DNA from: an uncultured Actinomycetota bacterium
GTDB taxonomy: Bacteria > Actinomycetota > Actinomycetes > Propionibacteriales > Propionibacteriaceae
Length of the DNA stretch: 64,000 bases
Assembly (NCBI GenBank): GCA_963794405.1
Contig: CAWCDP010000007.1
Span: forward strand, 156,067 to 220,066
Direction of reading: 5' to 3'
A program made the translations under genes and the position numbers. Every line of letters starts with the position of its first letter. The first letter of the stretch is position 1. Shown piece by piece: positions 10,796 to 19,171 of the stretch. The notes below the pieces were generated by a model that was not told the origin of the DNA, made no database searches, and saw nothing but the letters and a program-made list of their open reading frames with translations.

Positions 10796-11763
10796 CGCGG
10801 GCGCAGCCGCGGCCGGACCCTCATGGAGCGAGCCTTGCCCGGTCCACCTTCCCCGTCACCGTGACCGGGAAGCGCCTCGCGCACCGACCAGCGGCGCGGG
10901 CGATGACTGACCGGCAGCAGGCGCCGGGCGACGGCCGGCAGAGCGGTGGCGTCGCCCGGGTCCGTGCAGACCGCCACCAGCACCTGCCCCAGTCGCGGAT
11001 GCGGCCGGCCCACCACCACGACCTCGCCGCCCGCGTACGGTCGCAACGCCGCCTCCACGTCGGACAGGACCACTGTGGCCCCACCGGTGGTGACCGCATC
11101 CGGACGGCCGTCGACCCGGAGCCGACCGCCGGCGGACACCGAGCCGCGATCGCCCACGCTCATCCAGACCCGTCCGTCCCGGGTCGCGGTGCGCAGCACC
11201 GGGGGCACACCCTCCTCACCCGAGCAGAGCCAGGGCGAGCTCACCCACAGCTCCCCGTCGCGCGCCTCGGCGCGCACCTCGGGGAACAACCGCAGGTCGT
11301 CGGCGTCACGTCCCCAGCCGACGAACGACAGCTGGGCCGCGCCGTAGTAGTGGTGCACGGTGTGACCCGCCGCCTCGGCCCGGGCGGCCAGCCCGGACGA
11401 GAGCCGGTCCCCCGCCACCACGACCACGAGCGGACCCTGGTCACCGGTGTCGTCCAGCAGGACGGACAACGCGGACGGGGTGCAGAACGCGTGGCTCGCC
11501 AGCTGGGGATCGTCAACCAGGTCGGCCCCGACGTGGTCGGCCAGGCAGATCGCGTACGTGTTCATGCTCGCCGTCGCCGGCCCCGGGACCCAGGCCCGGC
11601 TGGCGCCGTCCAACGCGCACAACCCGGCCACCACCGGGAAGGAGTCGACCCAGGAGGCCGCGGTCCGCAGCACCCGGCGCGGCCGACCGGAGGTGCCGGA
11701 GGTGGCCAGCCGGATGCTCTCCCCGGCCGCGTACGCCGCCCGGAGCACCGCGGGAGTGATCAC
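10792..11763 (-). CDS. short ANL-superfamily acyl-adenylate/CoA ligase (3'-terminal frameshift)
   Basis: The GTG at 11763 overlaps the bioY stop (GTGA). Motifs: TSGTSGRPRRV P-loop about 20 aa from the start, YYGAAQLS, GDRG...GRLRVDGR. The conserved terminal LPVTVTGKVDR lies in another frame (ORF ending at 10821), with the switch at a CCC run near 10867-10869. Confidence 0.7.
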   Translation of the reverse strand: MITPAVLRAAYAAGESIRLATSGTSGRPRRVLRTAASWVDSFPVVAGLCALDGASRAWVPGPATASMNTYAICLADHVGADLVDDPQLASHAFCTPSALSVLLDDTGDQGPLVVVVAGDRLSSGLAARAEAAGHTVHHYYGAAQLSFVGWGRDADDLRLFPEVRAEARDGELWVSSPWLCSGEEGVPPVLRTATRDGRVWMSVGDRGSVSAGGRLRVDGRPDAVTTGGATVVLSDVEAALRPYAGGEVVVVGRPHPRLGQVLVAVCTDPGDATALPAVARRLLPVSHRPRRWSVREALPGHGDGEGGPGKARSMRVRPRLRPR

Positions 11764-12350
11764 ACCCCGACCGGCTCCCGATCGGCTCGCGAGACCGGCG
11801 GCAGCAGACCGGGCAGCGCCCGGTGCACACCGCGGGCGATCACCGCGGCCAGGACGGCCTTGACGAGGTCTCCGGGCAGGAACACCAGGGCCGCGGTGGC
11901 GGCCTGCGGCAGGCTCAGGTGCAGCACGAGCGCCATCCCCGCGATGCCGAACGCGTACAGCACGACGATGCCGCCGAGGATGTTGACCACGATCATCTTG
12001 GGCAGCGACGCCGCCGCGTCGAAGCGCTCGGTCAGCCAGCCGATGATGAACGCCGCCACCGGGAAGCCGACCAGGAAGCCGACGCTCGGGCCGAAGAAGA
12101 CCCCCAGCCCGCCCCGCCCGCCGGCCAGCAGCGGCAGCCCCATGGCCACCAGCAGGAGGAAGACGAGCACAGCCGCGGTGCCGCGCCAGCGACCGAGCAC
12201 GGAACCCGCGAGCATCACCCCGAGGGTCTGCAGGGTGATCGGGACGGCCGTGCCGGGGACGGCGATCGCGGGGACCAGCCCGAGCGCGGCGATGATCCCG
12301 ACGAAGACGGCGACCAGAGCGAGTCCGGTCGCGGAGAAGGCTCTCGTCAC
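11760..12350 (-). CDS. bioY: biotin transporter S component
   Basis: Trimmed to the GTG at 12350 (196 aa). Sequence ITLQTLGVMLAGSVLG ... GGLGVFFGPSVGFLVGFP ... FLPGDLVKA is typical of BioY. Confidence 0.85.
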   Translation of the reverse strand: MTRAFSATGLALVAVFVGIIAALGLVPAIAVPGTAVPITLQTLGVMLAGSVLGRWRGTAAVLVFLLLVAMGLPLLAGGRGGLGVFFGPSVGFLVGFPVAAFIIGWLTERFDAAASLPKMIVVNILGGIVVLYAFGIAGMALVLHLSLPQAATAALVFLPGDLVKAVLAAVIARGVHRALPGLLPPVSRADREPVGV

Positions 12351-12389
12351 GCTCGGGATCGTACGGCACCAGCGCCGTGTCGGGCGGTG

Positions 12390-12431
12390 ACGACCGCGGG
12401 ATTGCGTCGAGCGTGTAACGACCGCGGGATT
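12390..12431. promoter_or_regulatory. 14-bp direct repeat in the divergent bioY/amidoligase intergenic region
   Basis: ACGACCGCGGGATT occurs at 12390-12403 and 12418-12431, 28 bp apart start to start. This is the only non-coding DNA between the two operons. Confidence 0.35.
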
Positions 12432-12443
12432 AGATTGTCGACG

Positions 12444-14963
12444 GTGAGCGCAGAGCTGACGCTGGGTGCCGAGGAAGAGCTGCACCTGATCGACCTCGAG
12501 AGCTGGAGCCTGTCGGCCCGGGCACCGCAGGTGCTGTCCCGGTTGCCGGGCGACAACTACTCCGCCGAGATCCAACGCACCACCGTCGAGACCAACACCG
12601 ACGTCGTGTCCGGTCTGGGCGAGCTGCGGAGCGAGCTGGTCCGGCTGCGCCGGGGGCTGGCCGAGGTCGCCGCCGCCGAGGGACTCGGCATCGCCTCCGC
12701 CGGCACCGCACCCAGGTCGGTGTTCGCCGACTTCGAGCTCACTGCGACCGGTCGCTACGGCCGGATGCAGGAGCAGTACCGGCTGCTGGTCGACGAGCAG
12801 CTCATCTGCGGCCTGCAGATCCACGTCGGGGTGTCCAACCGCGACCTGGCGGTCCAGATCATGCAGCGGGTGGCCCGGCACCTGCCGATCCTGCTGGCCC
12901 TGTCGGCGAGCTCCCCGTTCTGGAACGGGCAGGACACCGGCTACTCGAGCATCCGCACGATCATCTGGCAACGCTGGCCCAGCGCGGGCACGACCGGTCG
13001 GATCGAGTCGGCCGAGGAGTACGACGAGCTGCTCGACGACCTGATCACCAGCGGGGTGATCGCCGACCGGAAGATGGCCTACTTCGACGTCCGGCCCTCG
13101 GCCCACGCCCCGACCCTGGAGCTCCGGGTCTGCGACGCCTGCCCGATCGTGGACGACGCGATCCTGATCGCCGGGCTGTTCCGGGCTCTGGTGCGCTCGG
13201 CCGAGCACGAGATCGCCGAAGCCAAGCCGTTCGTCCCGTTCCCCGCCCCGATCCACCGGGCGGCGATCTGGCGGGCCGCCCGCGGCGGGATGACCAGCGA
13301 GCTGCTCGACGACAGCCGCCACCCCCGACCGATCCCGGCCGCCCAGGCCGTCCGGGGGCTGCTGGAGCGGCTCCGACCGTTCCTGATCGAGCTGGACGAC
13401 TACGACGAGGTCGAGCAGCTGGTCGCCACCGCCCTGGCCCGGGGCAACTCGGCCGACCGGCAGCGGGCCGCCATGGCCGAGCGTGGCGAGCTGGATGACG
13501 TGGTCGAGCTGGTCGTCAACGAGACCCAGGGACCACCGGAGGGGCTGCCGGCCGAGGTGCCGGAGCTGCGGACCTACCGTCCGCGCGCCGGTGACGAGGC
13601 GGTCGGGCTCGGTCATCGGCCGCGGCCGGTCTACCACGACATCATCGAGCACTTCCGCACGATCGGTTCCGAAGGCTGGCGGCAGGCGGAGGAGCGCCGC
13701 GACGCCTGGACCGACGAGCACGACCTCACCTTCGGCGTCGAGCAGGAGAAGCGACGGTTCGCGGTCGACCTGATGCCGCGGGCGCTGAGTCCGCACGAGT
13801 GGGAGAGTCTGCGGGTCGGCCTGATCCAGCGGGCCCGGGCGATCGAGTCGTTCCTGGCCGACGTGTACGGCGACCAGCGGGTGGTGGCCGACGGGGTGCT
13901 CCCCACCGACCGGGTGGTCGGGTCGCTCGGCTGGAGACCGGAGGCCACCAGGCTGCCGGCCGGCACCGTACGGGCGCCGATCATGGGCTTCGACCTGGTC
14001 CGCAACGAGTTCGGCGGCTGGCGGGTGCTGGAGGACAACGTCCGCAACCCGAGCGGTGCTGCGTACGCGATCGCGATCCGGGACCTGCTGGACGCGGTCC
14101 TGCCGGACCTCCCCCGGCCCGCGGGCCTGCTGAAGCCGGCGGACGCCCTGCCGCGGATCCGCGCCACCCTGCTGCGACACGCCAGACCCGGCACCGCCGC
14201 GGCCGTGTTCTCGACCGGACCGCACGCCTCCGCCTGGTTCGAGCACCGGCTGCTGGCCGAGCGGGGCGGTCTGCTGCTGGTCACCGCCGACGATCTGGAC
14301 GTCCGGGACGGGCGGGTGCGGCACCGGGTCAGTGACGAGGTGATCGGCGCGCTCTACCTGCGACTCGATGACGAGCTGGTGGACGTGACCGACGGCGAGG
14401 GCCGCGCCATCGGCGCCGAGGTGTTCGAGGTCGCCGTCGCCGGGGACGTGGTGCTGGCCAACGCCCCGGGCAACGGCGTGGCCGACGACAAGGCCATGTA
14501 CTGCTACGTGCCCGAGCTGATCGCCTACTACCTGCAGGAGCGACCGCTGCTGGAGTCGGTGCCGACCTACCGGACCTCCGACGAGACCGAGCGACGGATC
14601 GTGCTGGAGCGGGTCGGCGAGCTGGTCACCAAGCCGGTCGACGGCCACGGGGGTCAGGGCGTGCTGATCGGACCGGACGCCTCGGCGTCGGCGGTCGCGC
14701 ACCGGCGGGCCGAGATCGCCGCCGACCCGGCCGGCTGGGTGGCCCAGGAGGTCGTGGCGCTGTCCTCACACCCCACCTTCGACGACGGTGTGCTGCAGCC
14801 CCGGCACGTGGATCTGCGCGCTTTCGTGTACCTTCGCGGAACGGCGCCGGGCGATTGCGAGCTCGCGCCGCTGGGACTCACCCGGGTCGCCCCCGAAGGC
14901 AGTCTGGTCGTCAACTCGTCCCGGGGCGGCGGCGCGAAAGACACCTGGATCATCAACGAGTGA
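12444..14963 (+). CDS. fusion protein: GCS2/YbdK-type carboxylate-amine ligase + circularly permuted type-2 ATP-grasp
   Basis: GTG at 12444 (a TTG at 12435 is also possible), 839 aa. The N-terminal half has GAEEELHLID, QIHVGV and YFDVRPS (GCS2). The C-terminal half has VLANAPGNGVADDKAMY, VTKPVDGHGGQGVLIGP and VNSSRGGGAKDTW (CP ATP-grasp). Confidence 0.85.
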   Translation: MSAELTLGAEEELHLIDLESWSLSARAPQVLSRLPGDNYSAEIQRTTVETNTDVVSGLGELRSELVRLRRGLAEVAAAEGLGIASAGTAPRSVFADFELTATGRYGRMQEQYRLLVDEQLICGLQIHVGVSNRDLAVQIMQRVARHLPILLALSASSPFWNGQDTGYSSIRTIIWQRWPSAGTTGRIESAEEYDELLDDLITSGVIADRKMAYFDVRPSAHAPTLELRVCDACPIVDDAILIAGLFRALVRSAEHEIAEAKPFVPFPAPIHRAAIWRAARGGMTSELLDDSRHPRPIPAAQAVRGLLERLRPFLIELDDYDEVEQLVATALARGNSADRQRAAMAERGELDDVVELVVNETQGPPEGLPAEVPELRTYRPRAGDEAVGLGHRPRPVYHDIIEHFRTIGSEGWRQAEERRDAWTDEHDLTFGVEQEKRRFAVDLMPRALSPHEWESLRVGLIQRARAIESFLADVYGDQRVVADGVLPTDRVVGSLGWRPEATRLPAGTVRAPIMGFDLVRNEFGGWRVLEDNVRNPSGAAYAIAIRDLLDAVLPDLPRPAGLLKPADALPRIRATLLRHARPGTAAAVFSTGPHASAWFEHRLLAERGGLLLVTADDLDVRDGRVRHRVSDEVIGALYLRLDDELVDVTDGEGRAIGAEVFEVAVAGDVVLANAPGNGVADDKAMYCYVPELIAYYLQERPLLESVPTYRTSDETERRIVLERVGELVTKPVDGHGGQGVLIGPDASASAVAHRRAEIAADPAGWVAQEVVALSSHPTFDDGVLQPRHVDLRAFVYLRGTAPGDCELAPLGLTRVAPEGSLVVNSSRGGGAKDTWIINE

Positions 14964-14975
14964 AGGGAAAGCACC

Positions 14976-16760
14976 GTGTGCGGACTCGCCGGAGAGATCA
15001 GGTTCGACGGTCGTACGGCTGACGTCGCCGCCTGTGAGCGGATGAACGACTGCCAGGAGGCACGGGGCCCGGACGGTTCGGGCATCTGGGCCCGTGGCCC
15101 GGTGGCCCTGGGCCATCGCCGGCTGTCGATCATCGACCTGAGCGTGGCCGGGTCCCAGCCGATGGTCGACTCGCCGCTCGGTCTGAGCGTCGTCTTCAAC
15201 GGCTGCATCTACAACTACCAGCAGCTGCGGTCCGAGCTGGAGGGAGCGGGCTTCCGGTTCTTCTCCACCTCCGACACCGAGGTGATCGGCAAGGCGTACG
15301 CGCACTGGGGACTGTCCTGCGTCGAGCACTTCCTCGGGATGTTCGCCTTCGCGATCTACGAGCACGTGAGCGGGCGGCTGGTCCTGGGTCGGGATCGGCT
15401 GGGGATCAAGCCGCTCTACCTCGACCACACCCGGGACCGGCTGCGCTTCGCCTCCAGCCTGCCGGCGCTGCTCGCCGCCGGCGGCGTGGACACCTCGGTG
15501 GACATGACGGCCCTGTCGTACTACATGACGTTCCACTCGGTGGTGCCGGCGCCGCGGACGATCCTGACCGGGGTCACCAAGCTGCCGCCCGCGACCGTAC
15601 GGGTGATCGAGGCGGACGGGACCGTCGGCAGCGACTGGCTCTACTGGGAGCCCGACTTCTCCCGCGACCCCGACAGGGCCGACTGGAGTGACCGGGACTG
15701 GGAGGAGGCGCTGCTGTCCTCGCTGCGGACCGCCGTCGACCGCCGGATGGTGGCCGACGTCCCGGTCGGGGTGCTGCTCTCGGGTGGCATCGACTCCAGC
15801 CTGGTGGTGGCCCTGCTCGCCGAGGCCGGTCAGCACGACCTGAAGACCTTCAGCATCGGGTTCGAGTCCGCCGGCGGGGAGTCCGGGGACGAGTTCGAGT
15901 ACTCGACGCTGGTGGCGGAGCGCTTCGGCACCGACCACCACAAGATCCCGATCCCCTCGGACCGGCTGCTGCCCGGCATCGACGCCGCGATCGGGGCGAT
16001 GAGCGAGCCGATGGTCAGCCACGACTGCGTGGCGTTCTACCTGCTCAGTCAGGAGGTCTCCCGACACGTCAAGGTGGTGCAGTCCGGGCAGGGAGCCGAC
16101 GAGGTGCTCGGCGGCTACGACTGGTATCCGCCACTGGCCTCGGTGCCGCGCGCGGACGCCGTGGAGGCGTACTCGTCGGTCTTCTTCGACCGCCGCTGGG
16201 CCGCCCTGGGCGAGGTCCTGAACCCGGAGTGGATGGCCTCGGTCGACGAGCCGTCCGCCTTCATCACCGACCGGTTCGGACGGGTCGGGGCGGAGACGTC
16301 GGTGGACGCCGCGCTGCGCAACGACACCACGATCATGCTGGTCGACGACCCGGTGAAGCGGGTCGACAACATGACCATGGCCGCCGGCCTGGAGGCCCGG
16401 GTGCCGTTCCTGGACCACGAGCTGGTCGAGCTGGCCGGCACGATCCCGCCGGGACTGAAGCTGTCCGACGGGGGCAAGGGCGTGCTGAAGCGGGCCGCCC
16501 GCGGTGTCGTGCCGGACGAGGTGATCGACCGGACCAAGGGCTACTTCCCGGTGCCGGCCATCCGCCAGCTCGAGGGTCCCTATCTCGACCGGGTGCGGAC
16601 CGCGCTGACCGACTCCGCCGCCCGGGACCGCGGGCTGTTCAACCCCGCCCTGGTCGACCGGTTGCTGGCCGACCCGAACACGACGCGGACGACGCTGGGC
16701 TCCAACGCCCTGTGGCAGCTCGCCCTGCTGGAGATGTGGCTGCAGCACCATGGCATCTAG
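14976..16760 (+). CDS. asparagine-synthase-family glutamine amidotransferase (AsnO / N-acetylglutaminylglutamine amidotransferase-like)
   Basis: MCGLAGE with a Cys2 nucleophile, HRRLSIIDLS, and the PP-loop SGGIDSS. 594 aa. Confidence 0.88.
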   Translation: MCGLAGEIRFDGRTADVAACERMNDCQEARGPDGSGIWARGPVALGHRRLSIIDLSVAGSQPMVDSPLGLSVVFNGCIYNYQQLRSELEGAGFRFFSTSDTEVIGKAYAHWGLSCVEHFLGMFAFAIYEHVSGRLVLGRDRLGIKPLYLDHTRDRLRFASSLPALLAAGGVDTSVDMTALSYYMTFHSVVPAPRTILTGVTKLPPATVRVIEADGTVGSDWLYWEPDFSRDPDRADWSDRDWEEALLSSLRTAVDRRMVADVPVGVLLSGGIDSSLVVALLAEAGQHDLKTFSIGFESAGGESGDEFEYSTLVAERFGTDHHKIPIPSDRLLPGIDAAIGAMSEPMVSHDCVAFYLLSQEVSRHVKVVQSGQGADEVLGGYDWYPPLASVPRADAVEAYSSVFFDRRWAALGEVLNPEWMASVDEPSAFITDRFGRVGAETSVDAALRNDTTIMLVDDPVKRVDNMTMAAGLEARVPFLDHELVELAGTIPPGLKLSDGGKGVLKRAARGVVPDEVIDRTKGYFPVPAIRQLEGPYLDRVRTALTDSAARDRGLFNPALVDRLLADPNTTRTTLGSNALWQLALLEMWLQHHGI

Positions 16761-18696
16761 GCCGACCCGCGGGGGCACGGACCCGCGGTCGGCCGCCGCG
16801 GACCTCGGTGCGGAGCTCGTGCGGGCGTGGGGCAGCTGGGGACCCACCCTGAGTCCGCACGCCGAGCAGCTGGCCTTCCTCAGCGACCGTCACGGCAGTC
16901 CGCAGGTGTTCGTCTCCGACCTGCGGATGGACGGCAGCGTCGACCGACCGACCTTGATCACGCTCACCGAGGACCCGGTCGTCTCGGTCAGCTGGTCCGC
17001 CGACGGTGCCTGGCTGGCCTGTGCGGTGGCCACCGACGGCGGCGTCCGGACCCAGGTCTGGGTGGTGCGGCCCGACGGCCGGGACGCCCGACGGATCGCC
17101 GGTTCGGTCGATCAGCACGCCGAGCTGGGTCCCTGGACCCGCAGCGGTCATCGGGTCACGGTGATCATCCCCGACTACGAGGGCGACGGTCGCTCGCACT
17201 GCTTCCTGGCCGACCCGACGACCGGCGAGCTGCATCCGCTGGCCGTCGGTGACCTGCTCGGCGTGCTCGACCTGTCGGTCGACGAGCACCTGGTCATCCT
17301 CAAGGACGGGCAGCGGGGCAAGCAGTTCTGCGTGGTGGTGGACCGGGTCGCCGACCTCGACCACCCGCTGCTGCCCTATCCGGCGGCCGGCTCGACCGAC
17401 GTGGCCATCATCCGTCCCGCCCCAGCCGGCGACGTGTCACCGCTGGTCGCCTACGTCTGCACCGACGCCGGGCTCCCCCGGCGTCAGCTCGTCGCGGTCC
17501 CCCTCGGCGTCGAGGGCTGGCGCGGGGTGTCGGGGGTGCTGGCGGCCCGGGAGGACGCCGAGCTGGAGAGCCTGGACGCCGACGACGCCGGGCGCCAGCT
17601 GCTGCTGGTCTGGAACGTGGCCGGGCGGAGCGAGCTGGAGCTGTTCGACACCGTCACCGGAGTCGGCCGGTACCTGCCCGGGATGCCCGGCACCGTCGCG
17701 TCCGGCGCCCTGCTGAGCCGCGACGGCCGCCGGGTGATCCTGAGCGTCGAGGGTCCGCACCGACCCCGCGAGCTGTGGTGCCTGAGCACCCGGACGCTGC
17801 GGTGGACCAGGGTCGGGGCGGTGCCGTTCCGGGCCCCGCACGACCTGGTCGAGCCGGAGCTGATCCGCTACCCCGCCCACGACGGGCTCGAGCTCACGGC
17901 CTGGCTCTACCGGGTGCCGGGCCGCAGCGGGCCCGGACCGGCGATGCTGTCGCTGCACGGTGGACCCGAGGCGCAGGAGCGGCCGGTGTTCTCCCCGCAG
18001 CACCAGGCGATGGTGGCCGCGGGCATCGCCGTGCTGGCGCCGAACATCCGCGGCTCCTCCGGCTTCGGTCGCGCCTTCGTGCACGCCGACGACGTGCACG
18101 GTCGACGGGATGCGTTCGAGGACGTGATCACCAGTGCCGACGAGCTGGTCCGCCTCGGGGTCGCCGAGCAGAGCGCGATCGCGATCACCGGTCGCTCGTA
18201 CGGGGGCTACCTCACCCTGGCCGGCCTGGCCTTCTATCCCGGCTACTTCGCTGCCGGTGTGGACATCTGCGGGATGTCGGACCTGCACACCTTCTACGCC
18301 GACACCGAACCGTGGATCGCGGCCGCGGCGGTCAGCAAGTACGGGGACCCGGTCGCCGACGCCGGGCTGCTCGCGGCGATCTCCCCGCTGCACCGGGCCG
18401 AGAACATCGACGTGCCGCTGCTCGTCGTGCACGGTGAGCACGACACCAACGTCCCCATCGGCGAGGCGCACCAGATGGTGGCGGCGCTGCGTGATCTCGG
18501 GCGGCCGGTCGAGTACCTGCAGCTGGACGGCGAGGGCCACGAGTACCGGCGGGCCGACTCGCGCACCGTGTTGATCACCACCATGCTGGCGTTCCTGACC
18601 CGCGTGCTCACTGCAGACCGGGAGCTCGCCCCGGGCCAGGTGCTCGCTCCGGGTCAGGTGCTCGCTCCGGGTCAGGTGCTCGCCGGGGGCGGCTGA
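16750..18696 (+). CDS. S9 family serine peptidase (beta-propeller + alpha/beta hydrolase)
   Basis: 648 aa with a TolB-like propeller N-terminal half. Catalytic elements GRSYGGY, VVHGEHDTNVP and GEGHEY. The start overlaps the amidotransferase 3' end by 11 nt. Confidence 0.85.
   Translation: MASRPTRGGTDPRSAAADLGAELVRAWGSWGPTLSPHAEQLAFLSDRHGSPQVFVSDLRMDGSVDRPTLITLTEDPVVSVSWSADGAWLACAVATDGGVRTQVWVVRPDGRDARRIAGSVDQHAELGPWTRSGHRVTVIIPDYEGDGRSHCFLADPTTGELHPLAVGDLLGVLDLSVDEHLVILKDGQRGKQFCVVVDRVADLDHPLLPYPAAGSTDVAIIRPAPAGDVSPLVAYVCTDAGLPRRQLVAVPLGVEGWRGVSGVLAAREDAELESLDADDAGRQLLLVWNVAGRSELELFDTVTGVGRYLPGMPGTVASGALLSRDGRRVILSVEGPHRPRELWCLSTRTLRWTRVGAVPFRAPHDLVEPELIRYPAHDGLELTAWLYRVPGRSGPGPAMLSLHGGPEAQERPVFSPQHQAMVAAGIAVLAPNIRGSSGFGRAFVHADDVHGRRDAFEDVITSADELVRLGVAEQSAIAITGRSYGGYLTLAGLAFYPGYFAAGVDICGMSDLHTFYADTEPWIAAAAVSKYGDPVADAGLLAAISPLHRAENIDVPLLVVHGEHDTNVPIGEAHQMVAALRDLGRPVEYLQLDGEGHEYRRADSRTVLITTMLAFLTRVLTADRELAPGQVLAPGQVLAPGQVLAGGG
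18622..18684 (+). repeat. in-frame 18-bp tandem repeat (about 3.5 copies, PGQVLA) at the peptidase 3' end
   Basis: CCGGG(C/T)CAGGTGCTCGC(T/C) occurs at 18631, 18649 and 18667, preceded by a partial copy. Confidence 0.9.
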
Positions 18697-18716
18697 GATC
18701 AGCCGACCCGGCCCCA

Positions 18717-19097
18717 TCAGCCGACCAGACGGAGCCGGATCGGGCCCTTGGCCGTCGACGGGTCGACCACGTGACCGCCCTGGGTGATCTCGATCCGGCC
18801 GGCCGTCACCAGCCGCCGGGCGGCACGACGGACGGGTTCCATCAGCGTCCGCCAGTCGTCGTCGGTGCTCATCCCGCGAGCCACCTCGGAGGGGCAGATG
18901 GTGGCCCCGGAGCGACGCTCGGCGAGGAGGTCGATGATGGCCCGCTCCAGCCGCTCGTCCTCGGGGGTGAGGCCATGGCGGCGGCAGCCCGCCGAGCAGT
19001 AGCGCACCTGGTCCCAGTCGCGCTCCCACTTCTTGCGCCACTCGATCGTGCGGCCGCAGACCACGCAGGTCTTGGTCGGCTTGGGAGAGGACGCCAC
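18717..19097 (-). CDS. DUF2256 zinc-ribbon + DUF3253 domain protein
   Basis: [29 protein letters not shown] is the DUF2256 signature as I remember it. The C-terminal half resembles DUF3253. Confidence 0.7.
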   Translation of the reverse strand: MASSPKPTKTCVVCGRTIEWRKKWERDWDQVRYCSAGCRRHGLTPEDERLERAIIDLLAERRSGATICPSEVARGMSTDDDWRTLMEPVRRAARRLVTAGRIEITQGGHVVDPSTAKGPIRLRLVG

Positions 19098-19171
19098 CGA
19101 CTCAGTATGCGCGGTCGATAAACGGCGGCCGGCCGGTCCGCGAGGGCGTTGGGCTCACCGGTCGCCGGCGA

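Noticed and set aside
12351-14702. Upstream 780 aa of the 980-aa minus-strand ORF 11760..14702, and the 11823-12443 extension of the plus-strand 1046-aa ORF
   Set aside because: Only the last 196 aa (BioY) and the part from the GTG at 12444 (amidoligase fusion) resemble real proteins. The remainder is antisense or intergenic read-through with low-complexity composition.
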